Shown piece after piece: positions 52,560 to 64,000 of a DNA stretch of 64,000 nucleotides (positions are counted from its first letter, which is position 1; each line of letters starts with the position of its first letter). The position numbers and the translations under genes are program-made. This DNA is from Eledone cirrhosa (Eukaryota): contig OZ024742.1 of NCBI GenBank assembly GCA_964016885.1, positions 11,780,001 through 11,844,000 on the forward strand. The letters are read 5' to 3'. Under the pieces are notes generated by a model. The model was not told the origin of the DNA. It did no database searches and saw only the letters and a list, made by a program, of their open reading frames with translations.

Positions 52560-52945
52560 ATTGGCAGTGTCGGTAGAGGGTCGGACGCCATCTTTGCAGC
52601 ATAGAGTTACAGCCCTTTATGAGCTCAAATCCCGCCGAGGTTAACTTTGCCGTTCATCGTTACGGAGTCGGTAAAATAAAGTACCAGTCATGTACTGGGG
52701 TCGACTTTCCCCTCCTCCCAAATTGCTGGCCTTGTGCCTGTATAAGAAACCCTTATTATTAAGGTCGGTAGATTGGCAGAGTTGTTAGAGTGTCGGAAAA
52801 TATGTCATAATATAGAAATATGGCCCCTTGTCTTCTGAGTTCACATCCCCCCGAGATTAGCTTTGCCTTTCGTCCTCACGGGGGACGATAATATAAAGTA
52901 ACAGTCATACACTAGGGTCGATTTAATCGACTTTCCCTCACCTCA
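52560..52945 (+). mobile_element. Two tandem SINE family A copies (long variants)
   Basis: Two successive heads (ttggcag...) and cores (tttgcc.ttc.tc...gg..gat/gta) separated by an (att)n tail at ~52752-52761. Confidence 0.85.
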
Positions 52946-53024
52946 TTTAATCTGACTGTAACTCTATTCCGCAAAGTATGTTGTCCGACACTCTACTGAT
53001 AATGCCAATCAACTGATTTTAACA

Positions 53025-53597
53025 ATGATAATAATAATGGTTTCATTTATTGGCCACAAGGGCCGACATGTAGGGGACAATACAATAGACGGAGACAGTG
53101 GGGCTTTACATATAAAACGTGTAAGAAAATATAAATAACAATAACAAAATAACAAGAAAAATTCAACAATGAGAATTCTCCAATAGGGAGTGGGGTAACT
53201 ACCCAGGGTCGACTCGGGTACCGGTACCAATCCTGAACCACCCGACTCTTCGAGGGCACTCAGGAAGGGCAACCCTCTCCTCCTCAAATTCACCCAGCCT
53301 ACAGGTCCACTCATACGGGCCATTCTCGCCACCCACCTTTGAACAAATGTACTGGAGTGGGTGAAGCACTTCTCTCTCCATCGTCACCTTCCTTTCCAGG
53401 TGAAACTTGAAAAAGATGATGAGGGATGGGCCGAAGAGAAAAGTGTCTGTCTTCAGTCCTTTCAACCTTGTCCACCATACAACATCTTTCGCTATTGCCA
53501 CCAACAGAGGAAAATTGCCTGCCCTTCCTGGCCAAAAGAAGCCGCGGGTTGTTCTTCACTATGGACTCGGTCGATAGCTGGATCCATTCTACACGCG
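53025..53597 (-). mobile_element. 3' end of a LINE, probably L1/Tx1-like
   Basis: C-terminal peptide AIAKDVVWWTRLK..FFKFHLERKV..ERE, then a U-rich UTR, AATAAA and an (ATT)n tail; clade assigned from resemblance only. Confidence 0.6.
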
Positions 53598-53633
53598 TAA
53601 TAATAATAATAAGTAATAATAATAATAATAATA

Positions 53634-54038
53634 ATTGTTTCTACTTTTGGCACAAGGCCAGCAATTAACCCAGTGCATTACTGGTACTTTATTTTATCGA
53701 CCCCATAAGGATGAACGGCAAAGTTAACCTAGGCGGGATTTGAACCATACAGGGTCGTAACTCTTCGCTGCAAAGCATGGCGTCAGACCCTCTACCGATA
53801 CAGCCAATCCACTACCCTAGCATGGCGTCAGACCCTCTACCGATACAGCCAATCCACCGCCCTAGCATGGCGTCAGACCCTCTACCGATACAGCCAATCC
53901 ACCGCCCTAGCATGGCGTCAGACCCTCTACCGATACAGCCAATCCACCGCCCTAGCATGGCGTCCGACCCTCTATCGACACTGCCAATCCACCGCCCTAG
54001 CATGGCGTCAGACCCTCTACCGATACAGCCAATCCATC
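53634..54038 (-). mobile_element. SINE family A copy with its 5' head amplified as 6 x 45 bp
   Basis: Body 53634-53775 with (TTA)n tail; unit agcatggcgtcagaccctctaccgatacagccaatccaccgccct-like repeated 53774-54036. Confidence 0.93.
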
Positions 54039-55790
54039 CATAATAATAATAATGTAAATCTTTAACTGGAAATTTTACAATATACTTAAGGTTAAAGTTT
54101 TAATAAAAGCAGAGTTCTCAAAACTCCAAGAGAGGAAAACGGAAAATTAGAATGTGATAAGTTTGATTGGTGATCAGTGTACTAACACATTATAGAGATA
54201 ACGACCAACAGGATGAAGGTGAATGTAAGGCTGACCACGGGACACATGACAGAGAACTTGGAGGCTGTGACAACAGACACTGTAAAAACATAACACAACC
54301 AATGTGCCGTCGCAAGTATGAGAAGCCACATTAGAAAAGAGCCTAATCATTGCTAGACTCAATAAGGACTAGCCTGGGTCTAAACACCAATGAATTATAT
54401 TCACACATGAAATCCATTGAAAGGGCCATAAACATACCACTGTCTAATTCACCCCATACTATATAAACCAATATCCTTCGTTTGAAAGATATTAAGTTTT
54501 CTTTTTATATTGTATCACATAAGAATTAGTTTGCCGTCTTTTTCCTTCATTTGACGCTTTGAGAGTCAGGATTCCACACACACGTCTCCTGGTTTCTGTT
54601 TGTTAGGCGAAGTAGAACTAATAAGACATAATCTAAGATACGAATTCGTCACATTGAACGTTGAAACTTGTTGCTATGTTAACGAAATATTTGTTGATTC
54701 ATCAATCATGCAAATAATGTAACGAAATACTGATTACATTTAGAATGTAAGGGTTAAGGGAAAGACATTAGCTTTTGATAACGCTGTTTAATGGATGCAA
54801 AACTGCGATCAACAACAGAAATGTTTAGTTAGGCTGATAGGATTAAGCATAGAAGCTTTTTTTTAATTTTTGCTATTCTGATTAGACTGAAATACATGGG
54901 TTTAATAAAAGAAGAAATATGTTCAATGAAAAGAATTAGCTGAGATGAAGGCGTTTCCAGCCTTATCGTCTGCGTTACAAATGTTCTTTCTACATTAGAT
55001 ATTAACTGTAATCTTCTCGTTATCCAACCTTTTCTTTCCATTATGTTTTCTTCATTCTCGTTTTTATCACATTTGGCATCAATGGAGATTTTCTTCGTGT
55101 CATTGCTCTTGATACAACTAGAATATTCTTTAGCTTTCTTCTTTTTAGAATCTTCATTTTAATACCCCTGTCTTGCTAATTTCATTTATTCTATTTTGTC
55201 GGTTTTCTTAGGTTTTCTTCATATGTTTTCAAGAGATTTTATTCATATACATCTGACTTCTTTAGTTATTTATATTTTTATAATTTGTTCTCTGCTTAAT
55301 ATTGTTAATCAATTTTTTTAATTTGTTGTTTTTATGGTTGATATTATAGTTCTTTCATTTGGTTGTCCAGTATTAATGAACAACAATTTAGAATTATTAA
55401 AGTCATGCAGAAAGTTGTTGCTGGATTAACATGACATATTATTTGTATTCTTCGGATTTCAATGAATTCCAAATAGCGATAAAATTGTCGACTTCTTTCT
55501 AAAGCAACCTATTTACTTTGTGGTAAAAACTGAAGTTTTCAAGCTTTGCCTGCATTCTGCTACAGGTTCGTGTTATAGTAAAAAGAGATAAAGAAATCCT
55601 TCGGTCACAAATCACCAGGGATGTGCACTTAGAAAAATTCCCCTCCGAGGTACAAATCCAAGCAAGGTTGTTTGTGGACGACCAGCAGTCGCCCATGTAT
55701 ACCAGTCTCCTGTCTCCATGCTACCGATATTGTCGGAACTCACGTATACACCATATATACATTGTATACACACTATATACACTATATACA

Positions 55791-55909
<119 letters not shown>

Positions 55910-56077
55910 TGTGTGAGAAAATTTGCTAAGAAAGAATTGCATGTGTCCGAAGGAACCTGCAGCTGTAGAATCAGCCAGATCCATACAGTGATCATGTCTC
56001 GAGCTACCTGCCGGCGAAACAATTGTAACACGCAATAAACTGAGTCCAGATGCATCACTGATTTTTTGTTTTTTTTA

Positions 56078-56132
<55 letters not shown>

Positions 56133-56225
56133 AAAATGGAACGGGAACAAAACAGAGAGGCAGTACGAACAAAGGTTTATTAGTTTCACGCTCTTATATA
56201 TATAGATATATATATATACAATATG

Positions 56226-56448
56226 TAATATGTTGTCCAAGAGAAAGACCATGACCAATACAGCTTGGCAACAGTGAAGTCGCAACTCACATATACACCA
56301 TATATACATTGTATACACACTATATACAGTATATATATATACACTATATAATATGTTGTCCAAGGGAAAGACCATGACCAACACAGGTTGGCACCTGTGA
56401 TATCCCAACTCATTTCTACAGCTGAGTAAACTGAGCAACGTGAAATAA
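56226..56448 (-). mobile_element. SINE family B 3' segment, locally duplicated
   Basis: tgtccaag.gaaagacc..ca..acag.ttggca occurs twice, then ctcatttctacagctgagtaaactg; matches 6050-6145 in reverse. Confidence 0.75.
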
Positions 56449-56810
56449 ATTGTTATAGAATTTTGGCTACAAAATAAAAGGAGCTAACAATATTAGTTTT
56501 AAAATCGGATATTTAAAGAACATAGAATCCACATATCAAATGTATTCTATATCCAGTTATTTCCTTTAACAATAAAATTCTCAGTTAATACCGGTGTATC
56601 GGAAACAATGTTATTCATGGTTTTTTTTTCTGTTTATAATTTGTGATTAGTTTCATTATAGGATTTAAGGTTTTTACATAATTTCTGGAAGATATATTTT
56701 ATATTTGAGCAATGAACAAGATGTGGTAGGCTTTGAATACATAAGGGATGTTTAATCTACTAAAACATTATTGGCAGCAACTAAAACAGCAACAACAAAA
56801 GAAAGGAACT

Positions 56811-56952
56811 GAGGAACCTCTGGGAAACCTCTGGGGAGTCTCTGGGAAACCTCTGGGTAGCCTCTGGGGACCCGCTGGGGACCCTCTGGGAAGCCTCTAG
56901 GAAACCTCTGGGAAACCTCTGGGTAGCCTCTGGTGACCCTCTGGGGAGCCTC
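56811..56952. repeat. Short ~12-bp minisatellite (GAAACCTCTGG-like)
   Basis: About 12 degenerate cctctggg units. Confidence 0.85.
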
Positions 56953-57794
56953 TATGCAGTTGTTCAATCTTCCCTAAATAGCTGTCACATAACATTGAAA
57001 TCCCAATCCTATTTCCTGACGATATATAGTGTAGTGATACACTAAAGCTGAATGGAAGCCCTGGATGATTATCACTAGAATGTCTTTTATAATAGTTCTA
57101 TTAGACCAAGGTTAATCTGTAATATATGTAAAAACTTAACAGACATAACAAACAGTAAACAACACAGTAAATTGAAGAAATATATTTTCATTAAATCACT
57201 CATTGCTGCCATAAATAAGAAAAGATCACACTAAGTAACTTAGTCGTATATACTATTACAAAACTTATGTTAGACATATATTGGTGTTTACCTTGGATCT
57301 GGTTGAGCAGGATAAATTAAAGTTTAACAACAACATTTGATTAATTTGTACAATTCAATATTATTTTAAATTGGTATTTTAATATATATATATGAGCGAT
57401 TTGATCGAAATTGGGTTATTATTTCTAGCAGATCAAAGTGATTTAGATTTGTGGCTGTTTTATTGCCTCATAAGCCTTATCAGTAATAAGAGGTGATGAA
57501 AAGTATTTGAATGAGATCCAACTTTGTCTAAATCAAGACTGTCAGACCCCAAATGTTAAACTCCATATGTATTTAAAATCAATGCTAAATATATATGCCT
57601 ATAGATGATTACTTATTTGCATGCTTGCTGTATTTATTACGTATGTGGATAATATAATAAACATGTATAAGTATATATTATTGTTCTTGTTGTTGTTACA
57701 GTTCACACCTTTGCAGGTTTAGCTGGCCTCCTCCAAGGTATATCTCGTTGGAGGTGTCTTGGATTATTTAATGATAGGGACCCCAGTCCTATCA

Positions 57795-57940
57795 TCTCAT
57801 TTCTACAGCTGAGTAAACTGGAGCAACGTGAAATAAAGTGTCTTGCTCAAGGAAACAACACATCACACGGTCGGAGAATTGAACTCACAACCTTTCGATT
57901 GCAAGCCCAATGCTCTAACCACTAAGCCATGCGCCTTCAC
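57795..57940 (-). mobile_element. SINE family B copy
   Basis: Reverse complement of the 5952-6090 head and core (gcatggcttagtggttagagca..gggcttgcaat..gagttcaattc). Confidence 0.88.
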
Positions 57941-60101
57941 ATATATATATTATTGGGATCATCATAAACGCAAACATTTAAACCTACACGAACATGTAAT
58001 TAATTTATTTATTAATTATCTATGTTGTGCGTAAAGTAGTTTTATCAATGTTGTTACTGGTTAACTCCTTGTTTCGTTATTGTAGCTAGTACATTACAAC
58101 GAGAAACAACTGTTGTGTTTGGCGGAGTTAGCAGTAAATGTGTTTTCCGTAATATTGTTACGAATAGCTTAGAGAATAGGTATGCTAATGTGGGTGGTGA
58201 TTGTGCTTTTCCTATTAATTTTATATTGCCATAAGTTACATCAAGGATTTCTAGTGAAATTGATTCTATTCTCTTTGATCTGTAGAACTCTTGCACTGAA
58301 GTATGTTGCCGAACGAATAACATCAGCAAGTATTTCTTTTTTTTTTTATCTAGGTAAGAATTTCACGTACACTTTATTAAGTTCTAGTCCCGATAAACTG
58401 ACTTTGCTTTTCACTCTAACAGAATAGATAAAACACGATTCCATTCAACAGAATACATCCCTTAAAAACACAAATAAAATCTGGTGAAGATAAAATATTT
58501 CTAGTTTGTTCAATACAAAGGGAAATATATATTTAGATACTCAGATCAAACGACTTGCAACTTGTGGGGATATAAATTTATAGAAATTATCGGAATCTTA
58601 CCCCAAAAATCAATTTTATTTATATAGATGTTTCTAGATTTATACGAATTACATTCGAAATTTAGTAGTTTGTGTTTTTATTACTATTGCTAGTGTTGCT
58701 TTTGCTATTTACAGTTTATTGTCGTTTTTATTGTTGACATTGTCAGCATTGTTGTTGTTGTTGCTGCTGCTGCAGTTCCAGTGTCTCTTATTTTTTTTGT
58801 ATCACTCTGGCAAACAGATTCCTAATCACTCCTTTATTAATCTTCTAATAACAGATCGAATATGTAGTTCTCTTTGGCCTCATCTCCATACTTTAGTGCG
58901 TTCATCCTATAATTGAGACAACGAGTGTTTTTAATTTTCCAAGACAGAGCAGTTAGTTACAAAAACATTTGGTAATGGCTATTGTAAAAACTAACCTCAA
59001 TCATGTACAATAATAGGAAATAAATAACTAGATAAATAAATTGATAGACAGATGAATAAATAAATGAAAACGAAATCGATAATTTAATCCCCATCAATGC
59101 GTTCCACGAGGACAATAGAAGAGATTTATAACTGACCAAAATCATTGACAATCAAAGAAGAGTGAAACAACCGAAGAACACACTATAATTATTTGCAGGC
59201 ATTGGGTATAGAACGTACAATTTATTTCTTACCACCCCTTTCAATAATATTGGTTTCTCCTAACGAACAGCTTAAGATTCTAGAACCTAATGTAAAGAAA
59301 CGAAACAAAAACTAAATAAATATATGAATAAATAAAGAATATATTGTCAGAGAAACGCAGATAAGTCGATGGTTGCGAACAATGTGCAGGCAGTAGCTAA
59401 AAAAAAAACTGAGAAGAAAATAAGAAGAAGGGAGAGAAATACAACACAGCAATGTTTGCAAACAGCAATAATAGCATTTGAAGAAATAAATGAAGAAAGC
59501 GAGAAGGAAAGCAATAAAAGTAAAGAAAGTAATTATTGGCGAGTTACATAATAGATATACGAGTTGTATAAATTATTCAGAACAATGCTTGGTTCTGTCT
59601 TTGTTAGGCTACAATAAATGAAGTTATTTAGAGAACCGATAAATAGCGAGGAGCTTCGAAAGCCATCGACTAGGTGGAATGAAATGGCTGCTTTCTCAAA
59701 TGTGCTGGTCATTCGCCAGTAATTGACCAGTGGCTAATTAAAACTATAGTCGATAACATACCACTCAATCAACACTAGCAATTTACTGCGCGTCGAACGG
59801 GAAGCGTGAAATTCTCGTTCTTCAAATAATAAAGTTGTAGAATTTGATGACATTATCATTGAAGTGTTAACGGGACTAGACGGCAACAAAATAGCCAATA
59901 AGTTTTCATACATTCGATTCTAAATCACGATAAATTGCTTCTGTCTTATTGAATGGTATATTAAACCATTCTCAAAACTAACGCTACTAGCGACATACTA
60001 TAAAGCAATGATCAATTAGTATTGCTTTGCATAGAATGGCTTTCACAAAGAACAAATTTGTTTTAAATAACGGATAGTCTCTTATATAAGTTGACGACTT
60101 A

Positions 60102-61400
60102 TACGAGGGGGGGGGGGGGGGGCTGAAAAGTTACTGGCTTTGGGTAAAATAAAATACACGAGGATCAGTTAAAATACAGGAGGATCAGTTAAAAGACAGG
60201 AGGATCAGTTATAGGATAGGAGGATCAGTTGAAATACTGGACGATCAGTTAAAATACTGGAGGATCAGTTAAAATACAGGAGGATCAGTTAAAATACAGG
60301 AGGATCAGTTAAAAGACAGGAGGATCAGTTGAAATACAGGAGGATCAGTTAAAAGACAGGAGGATCAGTTGAAATACTGGACGATCAGTTAAAATACTGG
60401 AGGATCAGTTAAAATACAGGAGGATCAGTTAAAATACAGGAGGATCAGTTAAAATACTGGAGGATCAGTTGAAACACAGGAGGATCAGTTAAAAGACAGG
60501 AGGATCAGTTAAAATACTGGAGGATCAGTTAACATACAGGAGGAACAGTTAAAATACTGGAGGATCAGTTAAAATACTGGAGGAGCAGTTAAAATACAGG
60601 AGGATCAGTTAAAATACAGGAGGATCAGTTAAAGGACAGGAGGATCAGTTAAAATACTGGAGGATCAGTTAAAGGATAGGAGGATCAGTTGAAATACTGG
60701 ACGATCAGTTAAAATACTGGAGGATCAGTTAAAATACAGGAGGATCAGTTAAAATACAGGAGGATCAGTTAAAAGACAGGAGGATCAGTTGAAATACAGG
60801 AGGATCAGTTAAAAGACAGGAGGATCAGTTGAAATACTGGACGATCAGTTAAAATACTGGAGGATCAGTTAAAATACAGGAGGATCAGTTAAAATACAGG
60901 AGGATCAGTTAAAATACTGGAGGAGCAGTTAAAATACAGGAGGATCAGTTAAAATACAGGAGGATCAGTTAAAGGACAGGAGGATCAGTTAAAATACTGG
61001 AGGATCAGTTAACATACAGGAGGATCAGTTAAAATACTGGAGGATCAGTTAAAATACTGGAGGAGCAGTTAAAATACAGGAGGATCAGTTAAAATACAGG
61101 AGGATCAGTTAAAGGACAGGAGGATCAGTTAAAATACTGGAGGATCAGTTAACATACAGGAGGATCAGTTAAAATACAGGCGGATCAGTTAAAATACTGG
61201 AGGATCAGTTAAAATACAGGCGGATCAGTTAAAATACTGGCGGATCAGTTACAATACTGGAGGATCAGTTACAATACAGGAGGATCAGTTAAAATAAAAT
61301 ACAGGAGGATCAGTTAAAATAAAATATAGGAGAATCAGTTAATTAGGATTTTATTCAACATATTCCCCTGTCAGATTCACACAGTTATTGCAGTGGTCCT
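60102..61400 (-). mobile_element. Right end of a Tc1/mariner element, inflated by an internal minisatellite
   Basis: TA + tacgagggg..gctgaaaagtt mariner-type TIR at 60102; the minus strand of ~61351-61399 encodes DHCNNCVNLTGEYVE*, resembling the mariner transposase C-terminus. Confidence 0.8.
60151..61341. repeat. 20-bp minisatellite AAAATACWGGAGGATCAGTT (~59 units)
   Basis: Exact 20-bp period. Confidence 0.98.
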
Positions 61401-61449
61401 ACCTCCCTTGTAAAGGTAACAGTTCTACTCTTTCGCGATACCTAAGTTT

Positions 61450-61618
61450 GATGGAGAAATGGCTTCTACAGGACTAGAACTGTTTCATTCAAAAGAAATC
61501 ATCAGGAAACAGTTCTAGTCCTGTAGAAGCCATATCTATATTAAACTTGATGTTTACAATCTACTAATGTATTAAGTGACTTATTAAGGATGGTTACCCT
61601 CGATTGAACCCGGGACTC
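61450..61618. mobile_element. HHR-bearing fold-back mini-element abutting (CA)n
   Basis: Inverted arms atggcttctacaggactagaactgtttc / gaaacagttctagtcctgtagaagccat; tail ggttacc.tcgatt.aacccgg homologous to 22947-23000. Confidence 0.8.
61462..61510 (-). ncRNA. Type I hammerhead ribozyme
   Basis: GUUUC-CUGAUGA-uUUCuuuuGAAu-GAAA-CAGuucuagucCUG-UA/GAAGC; differs from 23031-79 only in loop II and stem I. Confidence 0.82.
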
Positions 61619-61950
61619 ACACACACACACACACACACAGATGTATATATACACAGAAAGAGAGAAGTGTATATGAAAACATGTATAAATGTATATATAG
61701 AATAAACATATGGGTAGCCTCGCTGTGGAGAGAAGAGTTTTTTTTTTCTTTAATAACCTCACTTTACCTGGTTTATTGTATTTTATTATATTCTGGCTTC
61801 TCCCTCTCATCTCCCTGTAGCTTACTGTAGTTTTCTATTACTTACTGTTCTTCCCTTGGCATGAACCCCACACACTACAAGCATCTACACAATCCACTAT
61901 ATATATCTATGTACATACATCTATAGACACACACACACACACTCGGACGT

Positions 61951-61983
<33 letters not shown>

Positions 61984-62062
61984 CACACACACACACACAC
62001 ATACACACACACATATATATTTGTGTGTGTGTGTATGTATATATATATATATATATATATAT

Positions 62063-62263
62063 AACGAAGGAAGTGTGGTAAGGAACCAGGGGGACCATAA
62101 CACACCAGAGTACTCAATACTTTGGGTAGTAAAGAGGGTAATAGGAAAATGTTCAAGACCCCCGACGGCAGAGCTCAAGCCGTTTCGACGGCTATTTCTG
62201 AGTCCAGAAATAGCCGTCAAAATGGCTTGAGCTCTGCCGTCAGGGTCTTGCACATTTTCCTGT

Positions 62264-62264
<1 letters not shown>
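62063..62264 (-). mobile_element. Second full copy of the palindromic mini-element, between (TA)n tracts
   Basis: Hairpin ~62140-62264 plus tail gtattgagtactctggtg.gttatggtcc..ctggttccttaccac as at 47171-47218. Confidence 0.85.
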
Positions 62265-62319
<55 letters not shown>

Positions 62320-62514
62320 TGTTCTACCTCTATATCTTTTTATCTTTCTCATTCTCTCTTTAAGGTAGAACCTCATATACACCCCACCATGTATGTTATA
62401 CACAGAAGTATATATACTAAGATATACAACAGAGATAGATTAAAGCTCCATAAAGCCTCAACAGAATTATTTATCTTCCTTATTAACTTGTCTTTCTTTG
62501 GTTTTATATGTTAC

Positions 62515-63124
62515 ATCACCTTCACTATCAATACCATCATCATCACCATCCCCATCATTATCATCATCATAATCATCATCATCATTGTCACCATTATCAT
62601 CATCATCATTTTCATCAGCTTCATCATCATCATCCTCATCATCACCATCACCATCATTATCATCATCATCACCATCATCACAAATTTTAGAATCAATTGT
62701 AATACAGATGATGCCCTAACGGGCACAAACCTCCATAAATGTCTTTGCGAGGTTTTTAAATTGTTAAAGCCCTTCTCGGGACATGTACAGTACCAGTCAA
62801 CACTTTTTTCTGTATCTCTTGCAGAGATAGCTTTCCAGGTAACAAGTCCAAATATTTTTCAGGTCCCTCTTTATCATTCCAAGTGTACCGACTATCTCTG
62901 GTATTGTACAGGCCTTAAGATGCCACATTTTTTCAATTCCAATTGATAGATCCTTATACTTACTGAGCCTCCCGAACACTTTCGAGGAGATCTCACGATC
63001 TCATGGAATGCTCATGTCAATTAAGAAACTTGTTCTCTCTTTATGGTCCTTTACAATTATATCAGGTCTGTTGACCTTGATTGTTCTGTCAGTATCCACA
63101 GGGAAATCACAGCGGATTGCCATG
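62515..63124 (-). mobile_element. 3' fragment of an RLE-type non-LTR retrotransposon (R4/Dong-like) with (TGA)n tract
   Basis: Peptide DFPVDTDRTIKVNRPDIIVKD..FLIDMSIP..LSKYKDL..IEKMW.LK..TIP.IVGTLG carries the RPD..D restriction-like endonuclease signature. Confidence 0.82.
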
Positions 63125-63129
63125 TTCCC

Positions 63130-63247
63130 ACCTTTCATCCTTACGGGGTCCATAAAATACAGTACCAGTAACGCAATGGGGTCGATTTAGTCGACTTTCC
63201 CTTTCCATTCAAATTGTTGGCCTTGTGCCAAAAATAGAAACACGATT
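63130..63247 (+). mobile_element. SINE family A 3' half
   Basis: cctttcatccttacggggtc..aaa..agtaccag..ggccttgtgccaaaaatagaaac. Confidence 0.85.
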
Positions 63248-63296
63248 ATCGTTGTTGTTGTTGTATCATCATTCTGACTGAGATGAATCTTATCGT

Positions 63297-63461
<165 letters not shown>

Positions 63462-63857
63462 CATTGTAAATATTTCTGTTATTGTTTCGGAAAGTTTCTT
63501 TCAAATTGTATCAAAATGTAGTATGTATGTGTGTATATGATGTTTATGTTTTTATATGCGTGTATATGTTTATATGTATGTATGTGTGTATATGATGTTT
63601 GTGTGTGTGTGAGTGTGTCTATTGTATTTTCTATGTGTTTTCGCTATTAATAAAAACAAAAAAAAAATCTATTTTTATAGAGAAGAAAAAAGAAAATAAC
63701 GAAAAAAATATAAGAAAGTTTCAACAACTCAATCTGAGTGTTACGTCTGAAAGTAAATATGACTTTCTTTGTCCGGTTATTCTATTATGATTTTCTATAA
63801 TTGTTAAATACACCCTTTCTGCTCTGCTTCCAATTGTTTTACTTTGAGATTTATTTC

Positions 63858-63860
63858 TTG

Positions 63861-63892
<32 letters not shown>

Positions 63893-63968
63893 GGTGGTGG
63901 TTCTTCTTCTTCTTCTTCTTCTTCTTCTTCTTCTTCTTCTTCTTCTTCTTCTTCGTTGTTGTTGTTGT
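63858..63968. repeat. Compound (TTG)n(GGT)n(TTC)n repeat
   Basis: Directly visible. Confidence 0.95.
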
Positions 63969-64000
63969 TTTCTTGTCTTGCTTTCCTTGATTTATTCAGC

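Noticed and set aside
62122-62946. 274-aa ORF with poly-Ile
   Set aside because: Runs through a hairpin element, microsatellites and the antisense strand of a LINE fragment.

Overview
AT-rich, repeat-saturated eukaryotic DNA with no host protein-coding gene I can support. The SINE families and the dense (TA)n/(CA)n tracts look like an octopus/cephalopod genome (inference from remembered repeat sequences, not a database hit). Nearly all long ORFs in the track are translations of micro- or minisatellites. Real coding remnants are all transposon-derived: a young Penelope-like element (RT + GIY-YIG, Naiad-type motifs) forming a ~4.7 kb palindrome (19288-24023), RTE, L1/Tx1-like and RLE-type LINE fragments, a mariner end, plus a non-coding probable solo LTR. 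The most interesting signal is an RNA-level one. There are at least 8 type I hammerhead ribozyme (HHR) motifs, most in short non-coding elements next to (TA)n/(CA)n tracts. They include a tandem double-HHR unit that would excise a 698-nt RNA (47584-48753, retrozyme-like) and a family in which the HHR appears converted into a near-perfect DNA palindrome. A second theme is minisatellites born inside transposons, including two separate amplifications of the same SINE 5' head. All structures were folded and aligned by eye; coordinates of degenerate repeats are approximate.
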